The notes under the pieces: model-generated | Databases searched by the model: none | Seen by the model: the letters and a program-made list of their open reading frames with translations, nothing else | What the model was told of the DNA's origin: nothing | Translations under genes and position numbers: made by a program | Shown here: positions 23,012 to 31,724 of the stretch, piece after piece | Position numbering within the stretch: the first letter of the stretch is position 1 | Layout: every line of letters begins with the position of its first letter | NCBI GenBank assembly: GCA_025699025.1 | Contig: JAILWJ010000001.1 | Location: 260,488-292,487, forward strand | Origin: Nitrosarchaeum sp. | Lineage (GTDB): Archaea; Thermoproteota; Nitrososphaeria; Nitrososphaerales; Nitrosopumilaceae | Direction: 5' to 3' | Length of the DNA: 32,000 bases

Positions 23012-23305
23012 ATATTCCTTGTCTATCTTTGAGAGATATATCTCCTGAATCTCTGAAATCTCTCTTTCTGTCGTGTTTCTGCAGATCATCTTTGCATACT
23101 TTGCAAATTCAGGATTCGTCCCGTTTCTTTCAAGCTCGTCAATTTTCTCAAATGACTCTCGCTCAAACTCCATCACTGCCCTTAGCTCTCTGCTGATTTC
23201 ATCTATCTTCATTTTGTGGTAGTTTTTTACTGGTCTTTGATTTATGTCATCAATTATTTTTTGTATCTGCTCAAGATCTTCCACAACATTTCTTTGAAAA
23301 TCCAT
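23000..23305 (-). CDS. Hypothetical coiled-coil protein (101 aa)
   Basis: Highly charged helical sequence. Last gene of a three-ORF minus-strand array. Its 3' end overlaps the convergent ABC gene by 12 nt. Confidence 0.45.
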   Translation of the reverse strand: MDFQRNVVEDLEQIQKIIDDINQRPVKNYHKMKIDEISRELRAVMEFERESFEKIDELERNGTNPEFAKYAKMICRNTTEREISEIQEIYLSKIDKEYLNN

Positions 23306-23316
23306 ATAGAAAAAAG

Positions 23317-23418
23317 TTAAGATCTTTTTTGATTTTCCTTTTTATGCTCTAGCACATGCTTTAGCCCGTCTGTCATGCTGAGCAGATCCAAATCAATTTT
23401 GCAATACGGGCATTTCAA
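23317..23418 (-). CDS. Unlisted 33-aa C2H2-like zinc-finger mini-ORF (tentative)
   Basis: Hand translation from TTG: (M)KCPYCKIDLDLLSMTDGLKHVLEHKKENQKRS*. Pattern is CxxC-x14-HxxxH. It fits between the 130-aa and 101-aa ORFs. The non-ATG start lowers confidence. Confidence 0.3.
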   Translation of the reverse strand: MKCPYCKIDLDLLSMTDGLKHVLEHKKENQKRS

Positions 23419-23424
23419 GGTAAG

Positions 23425-23817
23425 TTATTTGGAGTATTTTTTCACTATTGGCAGGCAAGAGTCGATTATTCTGAGCATCTCTGATCTGATGACCTTCTTG
23501 TCAATTGATATCCATACCCGCACCTTGTCTATTGCAAATGAGATTGTCTGAACTTTTTTTCTTTCCTCCCAAACAAATTCTACTTCTCCCAGACTCTTGT
23601 CAAAGAATGACTCGAGATCGGTCTTTATTGCAATGTGTGAGAACTGGTGTTGCGTGTTTTTTGCATTAAGCAACGGCTCTAGGTCTGGCCTTCTTCTGTA
23701 TGCCAAAAGATTGCCCCCCTTGCCTACAACTCCTACAAATCTAATGTATGGGCTAATTGATGCAATGGCATCACAAATAATCTGATACTCTTTTTTTGCC
23801 ATTTTCTTTTGGTTCAA
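23425..23817 (-). CDS. Hypothetical protein (130 aa)
   Basis: ATG start. Alpha/beta pattern (IRFVGVVGKGGNLLAYRRR...). No motif I can name with confidence. Confidence 0.5.
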   Translation of the reverse strand: MNQKKMAKKEYQIICDAIASISPYIRFVGVVGKGGNLLAYRRRPDLEPLLNAKNTQHQFSHIAIKTDLESFFDKSLGEVEFVWEERKKVQTISFAIDKVRVWISIDKKVIRSEMLRIIDSCLPIVKKYSK

Positions 23818-24151
23818 AAATATGATATTTTAATGATTGTAGTGTCTGACTAGCTAGTTTTGGTCAAGTGATTCTGTCTCTGGTCATATTGTACATGAAT
23901 TCTGTTTTTGGCAGTACTCTTGTTTGGATGCCTTTTGATTACCATTCAAATTCAATATTTACAACTATAATCACATCTCTAGTGAATTGACACTAGTATC
24001 TGGCGTTTGATGATTGTACCAGTACGTTTCAGCCATTCCCTTTCACTGCACATTGGATGCTTTGATAGCTGTCTGTGCAACCATTAATCGTTGTAATGTG
24101 ATTCTGCAAGTTGAACACAATTAAAATAGCTAAATACCTCAGAGGAATATC

Positions 24152-25873
24152 ATGGGCTTTGTCAGCATAGGTTCAAAATTAATATTTCTTGTACTTGTGA
24201 TTAGTATAACTTCTATCGCAGTGACCACCGGGCTGGCTTATAATTTTGCTGACACTATAATCAAAGGCAACATAAAAGAATCCCTAAAAGACGAATCTGA
24301 GACTCGGGGTCAGACAATCACTTCTATTATTGAATCCAGATTGGACAAACTGCAAACTTTTGCCACAAACAGTGTCTTGCTTGAAACCTTTGATGAAGTG
24401 TCTGCATCATTAGATGATGTGACCTTTAACACTTTGCTTGAAGAAAAAATCCCCCTTATTGACAGCGAGGTTCGCTCGTTTCAACTAAACCATCTCGAGG
24501 CCGGGCTTAGAGATCTCCAGATAATCAACATGCGTGCAAAGCCCATATTTTCCCTGAACGAAAAAATTGATCCATTTACGTATGTGAGAGGCAGCTACAT
24601 TGTAGATGCACCAACAGTCGAATTCATTCAAGACAATGCTAAGAACCGCCTCATGAAACTCTCATTACCAATATTCTCTGCCAATGAGCGCCAAGTCGGA
24701 GTCTTGATTGCAACTATGGGAAGTTCTGTGTTTGATGATGTGCTGCTAAACAAGTTTGGCCTGCACGAGACCGGCGAAGTGTATCTGGTAAATAAAGACA
24801 GGATGATGATCTCTGAATCTCTTTTTGTTGAAAATGCACGCTTTAATCAGCAGGTTGCTACCTTTGCAGTCTCTGAATGCTTTGATCACAACCGAAGCGT
24901 CCAAGCCGCAGAATATGCCGACTATCGCGGCGTAGACATATTTGGATACTCTTACTGCAACAAGGATCTGGGATTTGTCTTGTTGACCGAAGTCGACGAG
25001 TCCTCCATTCTGGAGCCTATTTCAGAACTGCAAAACAGGATTCTTGTTGTGGGCTTGATCCTCATGATTATTGCCACTGTAATCACGTTCATACTCTCAA
25101 AAAGGATCTCCTCTCCCATTCTCAAACTGCGCGATGCCGCTCAAAAACTCTCATCTGGCAACTTTGATGTGAGAACAAACATCCGGACCGGCGATGAAAT
25201 TGAGCATCTGTCTGCATCCTTTGATGACATGGCAAAGACATTGCAAGAAACAATCTCTGCAATAGGCAAACGAGAAAACATCATACGACAGCAAGAAGAT
25301 ATCTTGCTAAAATTCTTTGAAGAAAAGCAGAGCAGCTATGTCTGCTTGGTTGATCTTGTGGGCTCTGTACGATTAACTGCATCACTTGACCTGAATGCAA
25401 AAAAACAATACAGCAAAATCTTTACAGACGCCGTTGTTCCTGTCATAAAAAAACATCATGGTATTTCAATTAAGATAATAGATGATGCAATACTGTTTTA
25501 CTTTCCAACATCTGTGGAAAGCAATGACGCCATCAAAAACATGCTAAACTGTTGTCTGGAAATATCGCAACTAGATGAGGCTCTTAATGCAAAAACAACC
25601 TCTGAGAATCTACCCGGAATGGCATACAGAATCAGCTCCGCATATGGCACAATCAACGTAGCAAAAACATCTGATTCTCTGATTCAGGATATTTTTGGCG
25701 AGCCGGTAAACACCTGCTTTAAAATAAACCAATACGCTCTTCCAAACACCGTAGTTGTCGACAAGTCCGTATATGATAAAGCAAAGGATCTAGACTTTAA
25801 ATTCACCAAGATAGATCAGAGCATTGTCAAGAACCTGGAATATGACATTTTCATCGTTTCTAGAAACTCATAG
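24152..25873 (+). CDS. Membrane sensor: extracytoplasmic Cache-like domain, HAMP, and a class III nucleotidyl-cyclase homology domain
   Basis: 573 aa. TM1 LIFLVLVISITSIAVTTGLAY. Cache-like GEVYLVNKDRMMISES...ADYRGVDIFGYSY...GFVLLTEVDESSILEPI. TM2 plus HAMP (PILKLRDAAQKLSSGNFDVRTNIRTGDEIEHLSASFDDMAKTL). Cyclase-like VCLVDLVGSVRL...IKIIDDAILFYFP...YRISSAYGTINVA...IFGEPVNTCFKIN (about nt 25330-25870). Confidence 0.7.
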   Translation: MGFVSIGSKLIFLVLVISITSIAVTTGLAYNFADTIIKGNIKESLKDESETRGQTITSIIESRLDKLQTFATNSVLLETFDEVSASLDDVTFNTLLEEKIPLIDSEVRSFQLNHLEAGLRDLQIINMRAKPIFSLNEKIDPFTYVRGSYIVDAPTVEFIQDNAKNRLMKLSLPIFSANERQVGVLIATMGSSVFDDVLLNKFGLHETGEVYLVNKDRMMISESLFVENARFNQQVATFAVSECFDHNRSVQAAEYADYRGVDIFGYSYCNKDLGFVLLTEVDESSILEPISELQNRILVVGLILMIIATVITFILSKRISSPILKLRDAAQKLSSGNFDVRTNIRTGDEIEHLSASFDDMAKTLQETISAIGKRENIIRQQEDILLKFFEEKQSSYVCLVDLVGSVRLTASLDLNAKKQYSKIFTDAVVPVIKKHHGISIKIIDDAILFYFPTSVESNDAIKNMLNCCLEISQLDEALNAKTTSENLPGMAYRISSAYGTINVAKTSDSLIQDIFGEPVNTCFKINQYALPNTVVVDKSVYDKAKDLDFKFTKIDQSIVKNLEYDIFIVSRNS

Positions 25874-25954
25874 TTCTTTTTTTGAACATGTCCTATACAT
25901 CTGCAAAAATTATGACCTCGTGACATGGTTTCTGTTAAATAAAGCCTGTTAGTT

Positions 25955-26596
25955 GTGGGAATTGTGGATTTTACTGACATCTTCCCCTTTGCACCCGAGG
26001 TGGGCTATCTCGGTCTGGGGCTTGTCAATTTTTTTGGCTCTCTAATCCCGTTTGTCCCGCTACCTGGTTTTCTTTTGCTTGCAACAATGTCTGTAGGCAA
26101 TCAGTTTGACCTGCACATTTTGGCGCTGCTGTCTGCAATAACTGCGACCGTTGCAAAACAGATAATCTTTTACGTCAGCTATGGTGGCAGGCGCATAATT
26201 AACGAAAAAACCAGAAAGCGAATGAGACCGTTTGAGCGCCTTGTAAAACGATATGGCGCGGCTGCCGCATTTTTTGCAGCTGCCACTCCTATACCTGATG
26301 ATCTGGTTTATGTCCCACTGGGGCTGGCAAAGTACAACCCAAAAAGATTTTTCATCGCGACTCTTACTGGCAAAATCGTCCTAAGCTATGCAATTGTCCT
26401 GGTGTCCCACCATCTTGGCATCTCGCTTGTTGAGCCGTTTCTTGAGAATGTGGAGGACACCACCCCTGTGTATGTGGGAATAATTGTCTTTGGCGCGATA
26501 ATGACCTCCGTGGTTGTCTTGATGCTAAGGCTGGACTGGCAAAAAATACTGGGCAGGTTTGCGCCTTGGACTCTTGATGAGAACAACAATGACTAG
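25955..26596 (+). CDS. DedA/TVP38-like (VTT domain) membrane protein
   Basis: 213 aa, about 5 helices. ATPIPDDLVYVPLGLAKYNPKRFFIATLTGKIV resembles the VTT-domain core. GTG start. Confidence 0.5.
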   Translation: MGIVDFTDIFPFAPEVGYLGLGLVNFFGSLIPFVPLPGFLLLATMSVGNQFDLHILALLSAITATVAKQIIFYVSYGGRRIINEKTRKRMRPFERLVKRYGAAAAFFAAATPIPDDLVYVPLGLAKYNPKRFFIATLTGKIVLSYAIVLVSHHLGISLVEPFLENVEDTTPVYVGIIVFGAIMTSVVVLMLRLDWQKILGRFAPWTLDENNND

Positions 26597-27150
26597 ACCC
26601 TGATCTTAAAGTTCCACAGCTTTTCTGTTGCCTCTTTTATCCCTATTCTTGGATTTGCGCTAAACTTTTTGACACTGATGCCCTCTGTGATGAACAGACT
26701 TCCTCTCTTTGTAAGGTCTGTTCCGTACTGCTCCTTTGTAATCTGAAGTGCCTGGGCTAGTTTTGCAGGACCGTTTGCCAAGTTTCTCAGATCATTTGCC
26801 TTTCTGTTCTTTTTCATAACCTCGATGCCGTTGATGGGCTTGATTGCCCTGATCAGTACTGCGCCTGCATCATGTCTTGAATTTCTTGCAACCACGTTAA
26901 AGCAATAATGCATTCCATATGTAAAATAGACATATGCCCTTCCCACCTCCCCAAACATTGCCTTGTTTCTTTCTGTTATTCTCCTGTGTGCATGGCTTGC
27001 AGGATCGTCTTTGTGTCTGTAAGCTTCAGTCTCTACAATTATTCCTGATACTTCCTGGCCACCGATTACTCGTGTTATTTTTTTCCCAAGCAGGTTCTTT
27101 GCGGCAACTACTGTATCTTGCAAATAAAACTCTCTAGGAATCGTACTCAA
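26593..27150 (-). CDS. mpg: DNA-3-methyladenine (alkyladenine) glycosylase, Mpg/AAG family
   Basis: 185 aa. Motifs FYLQDTVVAAKNLLGKK, GIIVETEAYRHKDDPASHA and GRAYVYFTYGMHYCFNVV. TTG start overlaps the UDG gene by 17 nt. Confidence 0.85.
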   Translation of the reverse strand: MSTIPREFYLQDTVVAAKNLLGKKITRVIGGQEVSGIIVETEAYRHKDDPASHAHRRITERNKAMFGEVGRAYVYFTYGMHYCFNVVARNSRHDAGAVLIRAIKPINGIEVMKKNRKANDLRNLANGPAKLAQALQITKEQYGTDLTKRGSLFITEGISVKKFSANPRIGIKEATEKLWNFKIRV

Positions 27151-27727
27151 TGTCTATCTTTACCTGTCTGTTGTTTTTTAGCTCCTTTACGGTCTCAAAC
27201 AGCTTTGCAATGTCTGATTCTAACACCCCGATTAATTCTTGATTGTAAATTGTTGCTGCTGGGTGTACTGTCAAAAAGTAAATTTGGTTGTCTTTTCTCA
27301 CTATCTTTCCCCTGAATTTTGTAATCTCTGCCCCTCCCAAAACTGAGTTAAATGCTGTATTGCCCAAAACGCATATCACTTTTGGTTTTATGATTGAGAT
27401 TTCTTTTTGCAAGTATTCCTTGCATGTATCCCTTTCTACAACGCTTGGAACCCTGTTGTTTGGAGGCCTGCACTTTACAACATTTGTAATGTATACTGAA
27501 TCCCTGTCGATTCCTGCACTCTCCAATGCATGATCCAGCCTCTTTCCTGCAACCCCTACAAACGGCTCTCCTCTCTGATCCTCGTTTCTTCCCGGAGCCT
27601 CTCCAACAAAAATCACATCTGACTGAAAGTTGCCCTTTCCAGGAACTGCGTTTGTCCTGGTCTTGCACAGATCACAGTTTGTACATTCAACTACGTTTTG
27701 CCGTATTGCCTCTAGTTCTACATCCAT
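27134..27727 (-). CDS. udg: Uracil-DNA glycosylase, family 4 (Fe-S type)
   Basis: 197 aa. Motifs CTNCDLC, FVGEAPGRNEDQRGEPFVGVAGKRL, VKCRPP and VHPAA. Confidence 0.9.
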   Translation of the reverse strand: MDVELEAIRQNVVECTNCDLCKTRTNAVPGKGNFQSDVIFVGEAPGRNEDQRGEPFVGVAGKRLDHALESAGIDRDSVYITNVVKCRPPNNRVPSVVERDTCKEYLQKEISIIKPKVICVLGNTAFNSVLGGAEITKFRGKIVRKDNQIYFLTVHPAATIYNQELIGVLESDIAKLFETVKELKNNRQVKIDIEYDS

Positions 27728-27728
27728 C

Positions 27729-29147
27729 CTAACTCACACTCTTTACCGTTGCAATTCCTCTAATTGATGGCCCTCCATTGCCCATTATCATTGACTGCAT
27801 CGGGTCTCCCTTTCCACAGTTTGTAATCGGCCTTACCGCAAAATCCTTCCCGCAAGCGTCAATTGACTTGAAGAATTCAGGAGCGGTTCCCATCACTATG
27901 ACGTCTCTTAGCAGGTCTGTAATCTCACCATTCTCAATTTTTTGTGCATATTGGCATGAAATGCTCCAGTTGTATCTTTTCATGTCAATTGATGGTATTT
28001 TCATGTTTGATACAAAATACCCATTTTTTACATCCTTTATCATCTCTTCTTGTTCCCAATCTCCTTTTTGTATGCATGTGCAAGCCATTCGTATGAGTGG
28101 CATGAACATGTAGCTTGTCGCCCTCATGTTTCCAGTCGGCTCTTTGCCAAAAACCTGAGCTGTCTCTCTGTTTTGCATGTGGTTTTTCAAAATCCCGTTT
28201 TCGACAAGATTTGTTCTCTTGGTCTTCACTCCTTCGTCATCGTAATGGTACCATCCAAGGCTGTGGCTGATTGTGGGATCATCAAACACGTTTAGATTCT
28301 CTGAGCCTATTTCCTCTCCTAATTTTCCGCTCCACCAAGCTCCTCCTGCCCATGCCATCTCTTTTCCCAAAACCCTGTCTGCCTCTGATGGATGGCCAAG
28401 AATCTCATGTGTAAGCAGTGCGACAAAGTCCGGATTCATCACTACGACTCCCCTCTCTTCCTTTGCTGGCTTTGCGTCAATCAGCTCTGATGCTTTTTCT
28501 GAAATCTTCCTTGCACTGTTTTGTGCGGTGTCATTTTGAATGATCTGTTCCATGCCTCCTCTTCCGCCCTCTGTGATGTTGACTGACTGGGTTTTTCCAG
28601 ATTTGTGGGCAGTTGCAATCATCTCTATTATGACATCTGTATGATTTTGTAAAATCTCAGTTCCCTCGCTGCTTTTAAAATATTTGGAGTTTTCTGAAAA
28701 CCACGGGTTTACGACAGACTTTGTTATTCGGGGATTCTCTGAGATAATCCTGTCGCATTCCAGCCCTGCTTTTATCATCTCCTCAATGTCTGGTTTTCTC
28801 AACACTGGTAGATCTTTTCTTGTCTTGGTTGTCGGAATCGGACACATCTCAACTCTTTGCTTGTTTTTTGATGTATAGTCTGAGCTTCTCAGTGCGCTGT
28901 CAATCCTGCTTCTTATCTGCTCAAACGAGTCTGGGTTTGTGATGGAGACAAATCCCCACGCTCCGTTTTTTAAGATTCTTATCCCTAGCCCGCTGTCTGA
29001 CTTTTCTCGTATGTGTTCCACCTGCCCGTTCTCTATTTGGGCTGACTTTTTGTTTTGAATCTCTGCTCTTGCGTCGCAGTACTGTGCGCCTGAATCCTGA
29101 CAGTATGATATTGCCCTGCATGCAATTTCTTGTAGAAAAGAATCCAT
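27729..29147 (-). CDS. tldD: TldD/PmbA-family metallopeptidase
   Basis: 472 aa. THEILGHPSEADR (HExxxH-type site) and C-terminal NCGKGDPMQ plus GGPSIR motifs typical of TldD/TldE. Confidence 0.8.
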   Translation of the reverse strand: MDSFLQEIACRAISYCQDSGAQYCDARAEIQNKKSAQIENGQVEHIREKSDSGLGIRILKNGAWGFVSITNPDSFEQIRSRIDSALRSSDYTSKNKQRVEMCPIPTTKTRKDLPVLRKPDIEEMIKAGLECDRIISENPRITKSVVNPWFSENSKYFKSSEGTEILQNHTDVIIEMIATAHKSGKTQSVNITEGGRGGMEQIIQNDTAQNSARKISEKASELIDAKPAKEERGVVVMNPDFVALLTHEILGHPSEADRVLGKEMAWAGGAWWSGKLGEEIGSENLNVFDDPTISHSLGWYHYDDEGVKTKRTNLVENGILKNHMQNRETAQVFGKEPTGNMRATSYMFMPLIRMACTCIQKGDWEQEEMIKDVKNGYFVSNMKIPSIDMKRYNWSISCQYAQKIENGEITDLLRDVIVMGTAPEFFKSIDACGKDFAVRPITNCGKGDPMQSMIMGNGGPSIRGIATVKSVS

Positions 29148-29179
29148 GAAAGATGATTGGTTATGGTGTTCCTAAATCT

Positions 29180-29344
29180 TTAGTGGTTTGAGATTGCAGG
29201 CATTGTAAAGTAATACTCGTCCTCAAACTCATAGTCAAATTCGCCCTTTTTGCGTAAATGCTCAAAATACGAGGCACAGTTTGCATAAAACTCGTGATTT
29301 TTGTGACTATCTGCATCCATGTAACACCCTTGAAAAAACCCCAT
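29180..29344 (-). CDS. Unlisted 54-aa acidic/aromatic mini-protein (alternative frame to the 63-aa track ORF)
   Basis: Hand translation: MGFFQGCYMDADSHKNHEFYANCASYFEHLRKKGEFDYEFEDEYYFTMPAISNH*. ATG start. Its composition looks more protein-like than the overlapping 29161..29352 frame. Confidence 0.35.
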   Translation of the reverse strand: MGFFQGCYMDADSHKNHEFYANCASYFEHLRKKGEFDYEFEDEYYFTMPAISNH

Positions 29345-29389
29345 TTTTTCAAGAGAGTGAGTGAATTTAGTTAAGAAAGTTTGTTTTCT

Positions 29390-31270
29390 TTAAGCAATTC
29401 CTATTGGAGACTTTGTTGCAGTGTTTTTTGGCAGTGTGAATGAAAACTCTGCGCCTTGATTTGAATTGCTTTTGACTGTGATTTTTCCGCCATGGTTCTC
29501 GACAATTCCTTTGCATATTGCCAGTCCTAGCCCGCTGCCCCCCTTCTCCCTTGTCAGTGACGCATCCACCTGGTAGAATTTCTTAAACAAGTCCCTTTGC
29601 TTCTCAATTGGAATTCCAACACCGTTGTCTTTTACTGTGATCTTGACTTGGTCGCCCACATCTTCCATTGTGACTTTGATCTTGCCTTGTTTTTGAACAA
29701 TGGCATTTATGCTGTTCTTAATTAGGTTGGATACTACTTGCTTGATTCTCTCTGGATCATGGTTGACTATGGCATCATGCATATGCGTCTCTATCTCGAT
29801 GTTGTTTTCAGCAGCATATGGCCTCAACAATTCCACCGTGTTTGTGATTGTGTTTTTGATGTTGGTGTTTTCCATTTTCATTCTAAGCTGACCCAGCTCT
29901 AATTTCTGCGCGTCAAGCAGATCAGATATCATTGAAAGAAGCGTCTCTGAGCTTGCTTTTATGATGCTTATTCGCTCTTTTTGCTTCGGGGTCAGTTTTC
30001 CCAAATGCTCGCTAAGCAAAATATCTGCATATCCCTGTATTGGCACCAACGGCGTCTTTAACTCGTGTGTGATCATTGCAAGAAATTCATCTTTTGCAAT
30101 GTCTGTCCTTTTTGATTCCTCTTCTTTTTGTTTAATTGTATCTGACATTGTGTTGAATGTGTCTATTAGCTCTCCCATCTCATCTGATGCATTGTACTGT
30201 ATTTTTTCACCATAAATCCCCTCTTTGATTTTTGATAGTGCGTTTGTGATCTTCTCAAGGGGTGAAAATGACTGCCTGATCACAAAAAACACGATGATAA
30301 ATACTGCGATATTGACTACTAGCAAAACCTGGATGATAATCTGGTCTGCGTTTCCCTGCGCCCTTATCTGTCTGTCCCACGATTCTAGCATGCTGTCTAT
30401 GTCCTCATATAAAATTAATTTCTTGTAATTCATGTTCTCTTTTGCCACGTTGTATTCTGGTGACAAAAGCGCCCTTTCTTCCAAGATACTGATTCTTGCC
30501 TGCATTGCCTCCCATAGCGGGTCTATCTGTCGTAATGCCTCGGAGTTTTGTCGTGGCAGTGGAATCAGCTCCTCGTGCTCCTCTCCTACGCTTTCTACAT
30601 CTAGATTGCTGGTGGGAATCTGCAGTAGTTTTTTAATTGCTATGTCGAATTTCAATCGCTCAATTTTGAGCTTTTCTTGTATGTTCTCTTCCTCTCCTAT
30701 TGAAATCAAAAGTATTTGCTGGCTCAATGATTTTGCATGCGTTACAAGATCTGTTGCTATTTGTTTGTGTCTGTTGTAGTCTCTGTCAAGACTGTCTACC
30801 TCTTTTTGTAACTTGTCTGCAAGTAAAATCAGTTCGCTGTTTTTTTCTAACAAGTAGTTAAGCGCGTTTGTTGCCTCCATGTCAAAAACAGAAGTATTTT
30901 CAACCTGAACCGCTGCTTGTTTGTATTCTTCCCATGATGATACGACTCTCTGAAAATCTGGCGAGATTTGCGGCGGAACCTTTTCAACGGGCAGCTCGTT
31001 TATCTTCCCTCCTGTCTTGAGCGTGTTTATTGAATACTGGATTTGGTTGATCTCGTCTTCAAGCTTTGGCCTTTCATCCTCGTTCCCACTTGCTATTGCT
31101 GCTGCTAGTCCCGAGATGGCCTCGGCCTTTACCTTGATGTCTCCTGCTTTGATAATGGAATATGATTGGCTTTCCTCCGCATTTTGATTTTCATAAAGTA
31201 GTACTAAATTGATTATGGCTGCAGCAACAAGCACACCGATTAACAGGTATGTCTTACTGACTATTTTCAT
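29390..31270 (-). CDS. Sensor histidine kinase (large extracytoplasmic helical sensor, HAMP, HisKA, HATPase_c); no receiver domain
   Basis: The likely start is the ATG at 31270 (MKIVSKTYLLIGVLVAAAII), not the track start at 31375. HAMP region (SPLEKITNALSKIKEG...MGELIDTFNTMSDTI). H-box FLAMITHELKTPL, N-box NLIKNSINA, G-boxes DNGVGI and GGSGLGLAI. Confidence 0.85.
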   Translation of the reverse strand: MKIVSKTYLLIGVLVAAAIINLVLLYENQNAEESQSYSIIKAGDIKVKAEAISGLAAAIASGNEDERPKLEDEINQIQYSINTLKTGGKINELPVEKVPPQISPDFQRVVSSWEEYKQAAVQVENTSVFDMEATNALNYLLEKNSELILLADKLQKEVDSLDRDYNRHKQIATDLVTHAKSLSQQILLISIGEEENIQEKLKIERLKFDIAIKKLLQIPTSNLDVESVGEEHEELIPLPRQNSEALRQIDPLWEAMQARISILEERALLSPEYNVAKENMNYKKLILYEDIDSMLESWDRQIRAQGNADQIIIQVLLVVNIAVFIIVFFVIRQSFSPLEKITNALSKIKEGIYGEKIQYNASDEMGELIDTFNTMSDTIKQKEEESKRTDIAKDEFLAMITHELKTPLVPIQGYADILLSEHLGKLTPKQKERISIIKASSETLLSMISDLLDAQKLELGQLRMKMENTNIKNTITNTVELLRPYAAENNIEIETHMHDAIVNHDPERIKQVVSNLIKNSINAIVQKQGKIKVTMEDVGDQVKITVKDNGVGIPIEKQRDLFKKFYQVDASLTREKGGSGLGLAICKGIVENHGGKITVKSNSNQGAEFSFTLPKNTATKSPIGIA

Positions 31271-31330
31271 ACATTGTTCCACTCCCCATAGAGTATAAAA
31301 ATAATAGTGAATTTTCTTTAATTGATTCTG
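31271..31330. promoter_or_regulatory. Divergent promoter spacer between the histidine kinase and the Hpt/receiver genes
   Basis: A 60-bp spacer with a central A/T box, tataaaaataata (31294-31306), 25-36 nt from both start codons. Promoter function is inferred from the arrangement. Confidence 0.35.
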
Positions 31331-31687
31331 ATGTCTGATGAATTTATCAAATTGGCAACGCAGGAAATCAACCAAGAGATTTCAGGCATCTCTGACATTT
31401 TGAGCTCGTGCAAAAACAATGATGAAGTAATCAAACAAGCAACTCCAATAGAAAGACACGTGCATAAAATCAAAGGCTTGGCCCCAATGATGGGACAAGA
31501 GGGTCTTGGTGAATTGGCATCTGAGTTGGATTTTGTATTAAAGAAAATCATTGGCGGCAAGAACATACAGTTCTTTGACGAAATGTCTGCAAGCGTGGAT
31601 GCCATGAAACTCTCCATGGTTTCGTCAGATTATGACCTTAGTGAAATGAAAAAACGCATTAGGGCAATCTCTGTCCACCTTCACTGA
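31331..31687 (+). CDS. Stand-alone Hpt (histidine phosphotransfer) domain protein
   Basis: 118 aa from the ATG at 31331 (MSDEFIKL). Hpt signature ERHVHKIKGLAPMMGQEGLGELASELD (HxxKG). Confidence 0.7.
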   Translation: MSDEFIKLATQEINQEISGISDILSSCKNNDEVIKQATPIERHVHKIKGLAPMMGQEGLGELASELDFVLKKIIGGKNIQFFDEMSASVDAMKLSMVSSDYDLSEMKKRIRAISVHLH

Positions 31688-31724
31688 TGAATATTTTTAA
31701 ATTTACAAATGACTGGAACACTCC

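Noticed and set aside
31271-31375. N-terminal 35-aa extension of the histidine kinase ORF (MVDFLRCQF...), the TTG start of the Hpt ORF at 31322, and the antisense ORF 31318..31617
   Set aside because: The kinase has a clean ATG plus TM helix at 31270, and Hpt has an ATG at 31331. Using these removes the implausible head-to-head overlap and leaves a 60-bp divergent promoter. The 99-aa ORF is antisense to the Hpt gene and has no features.
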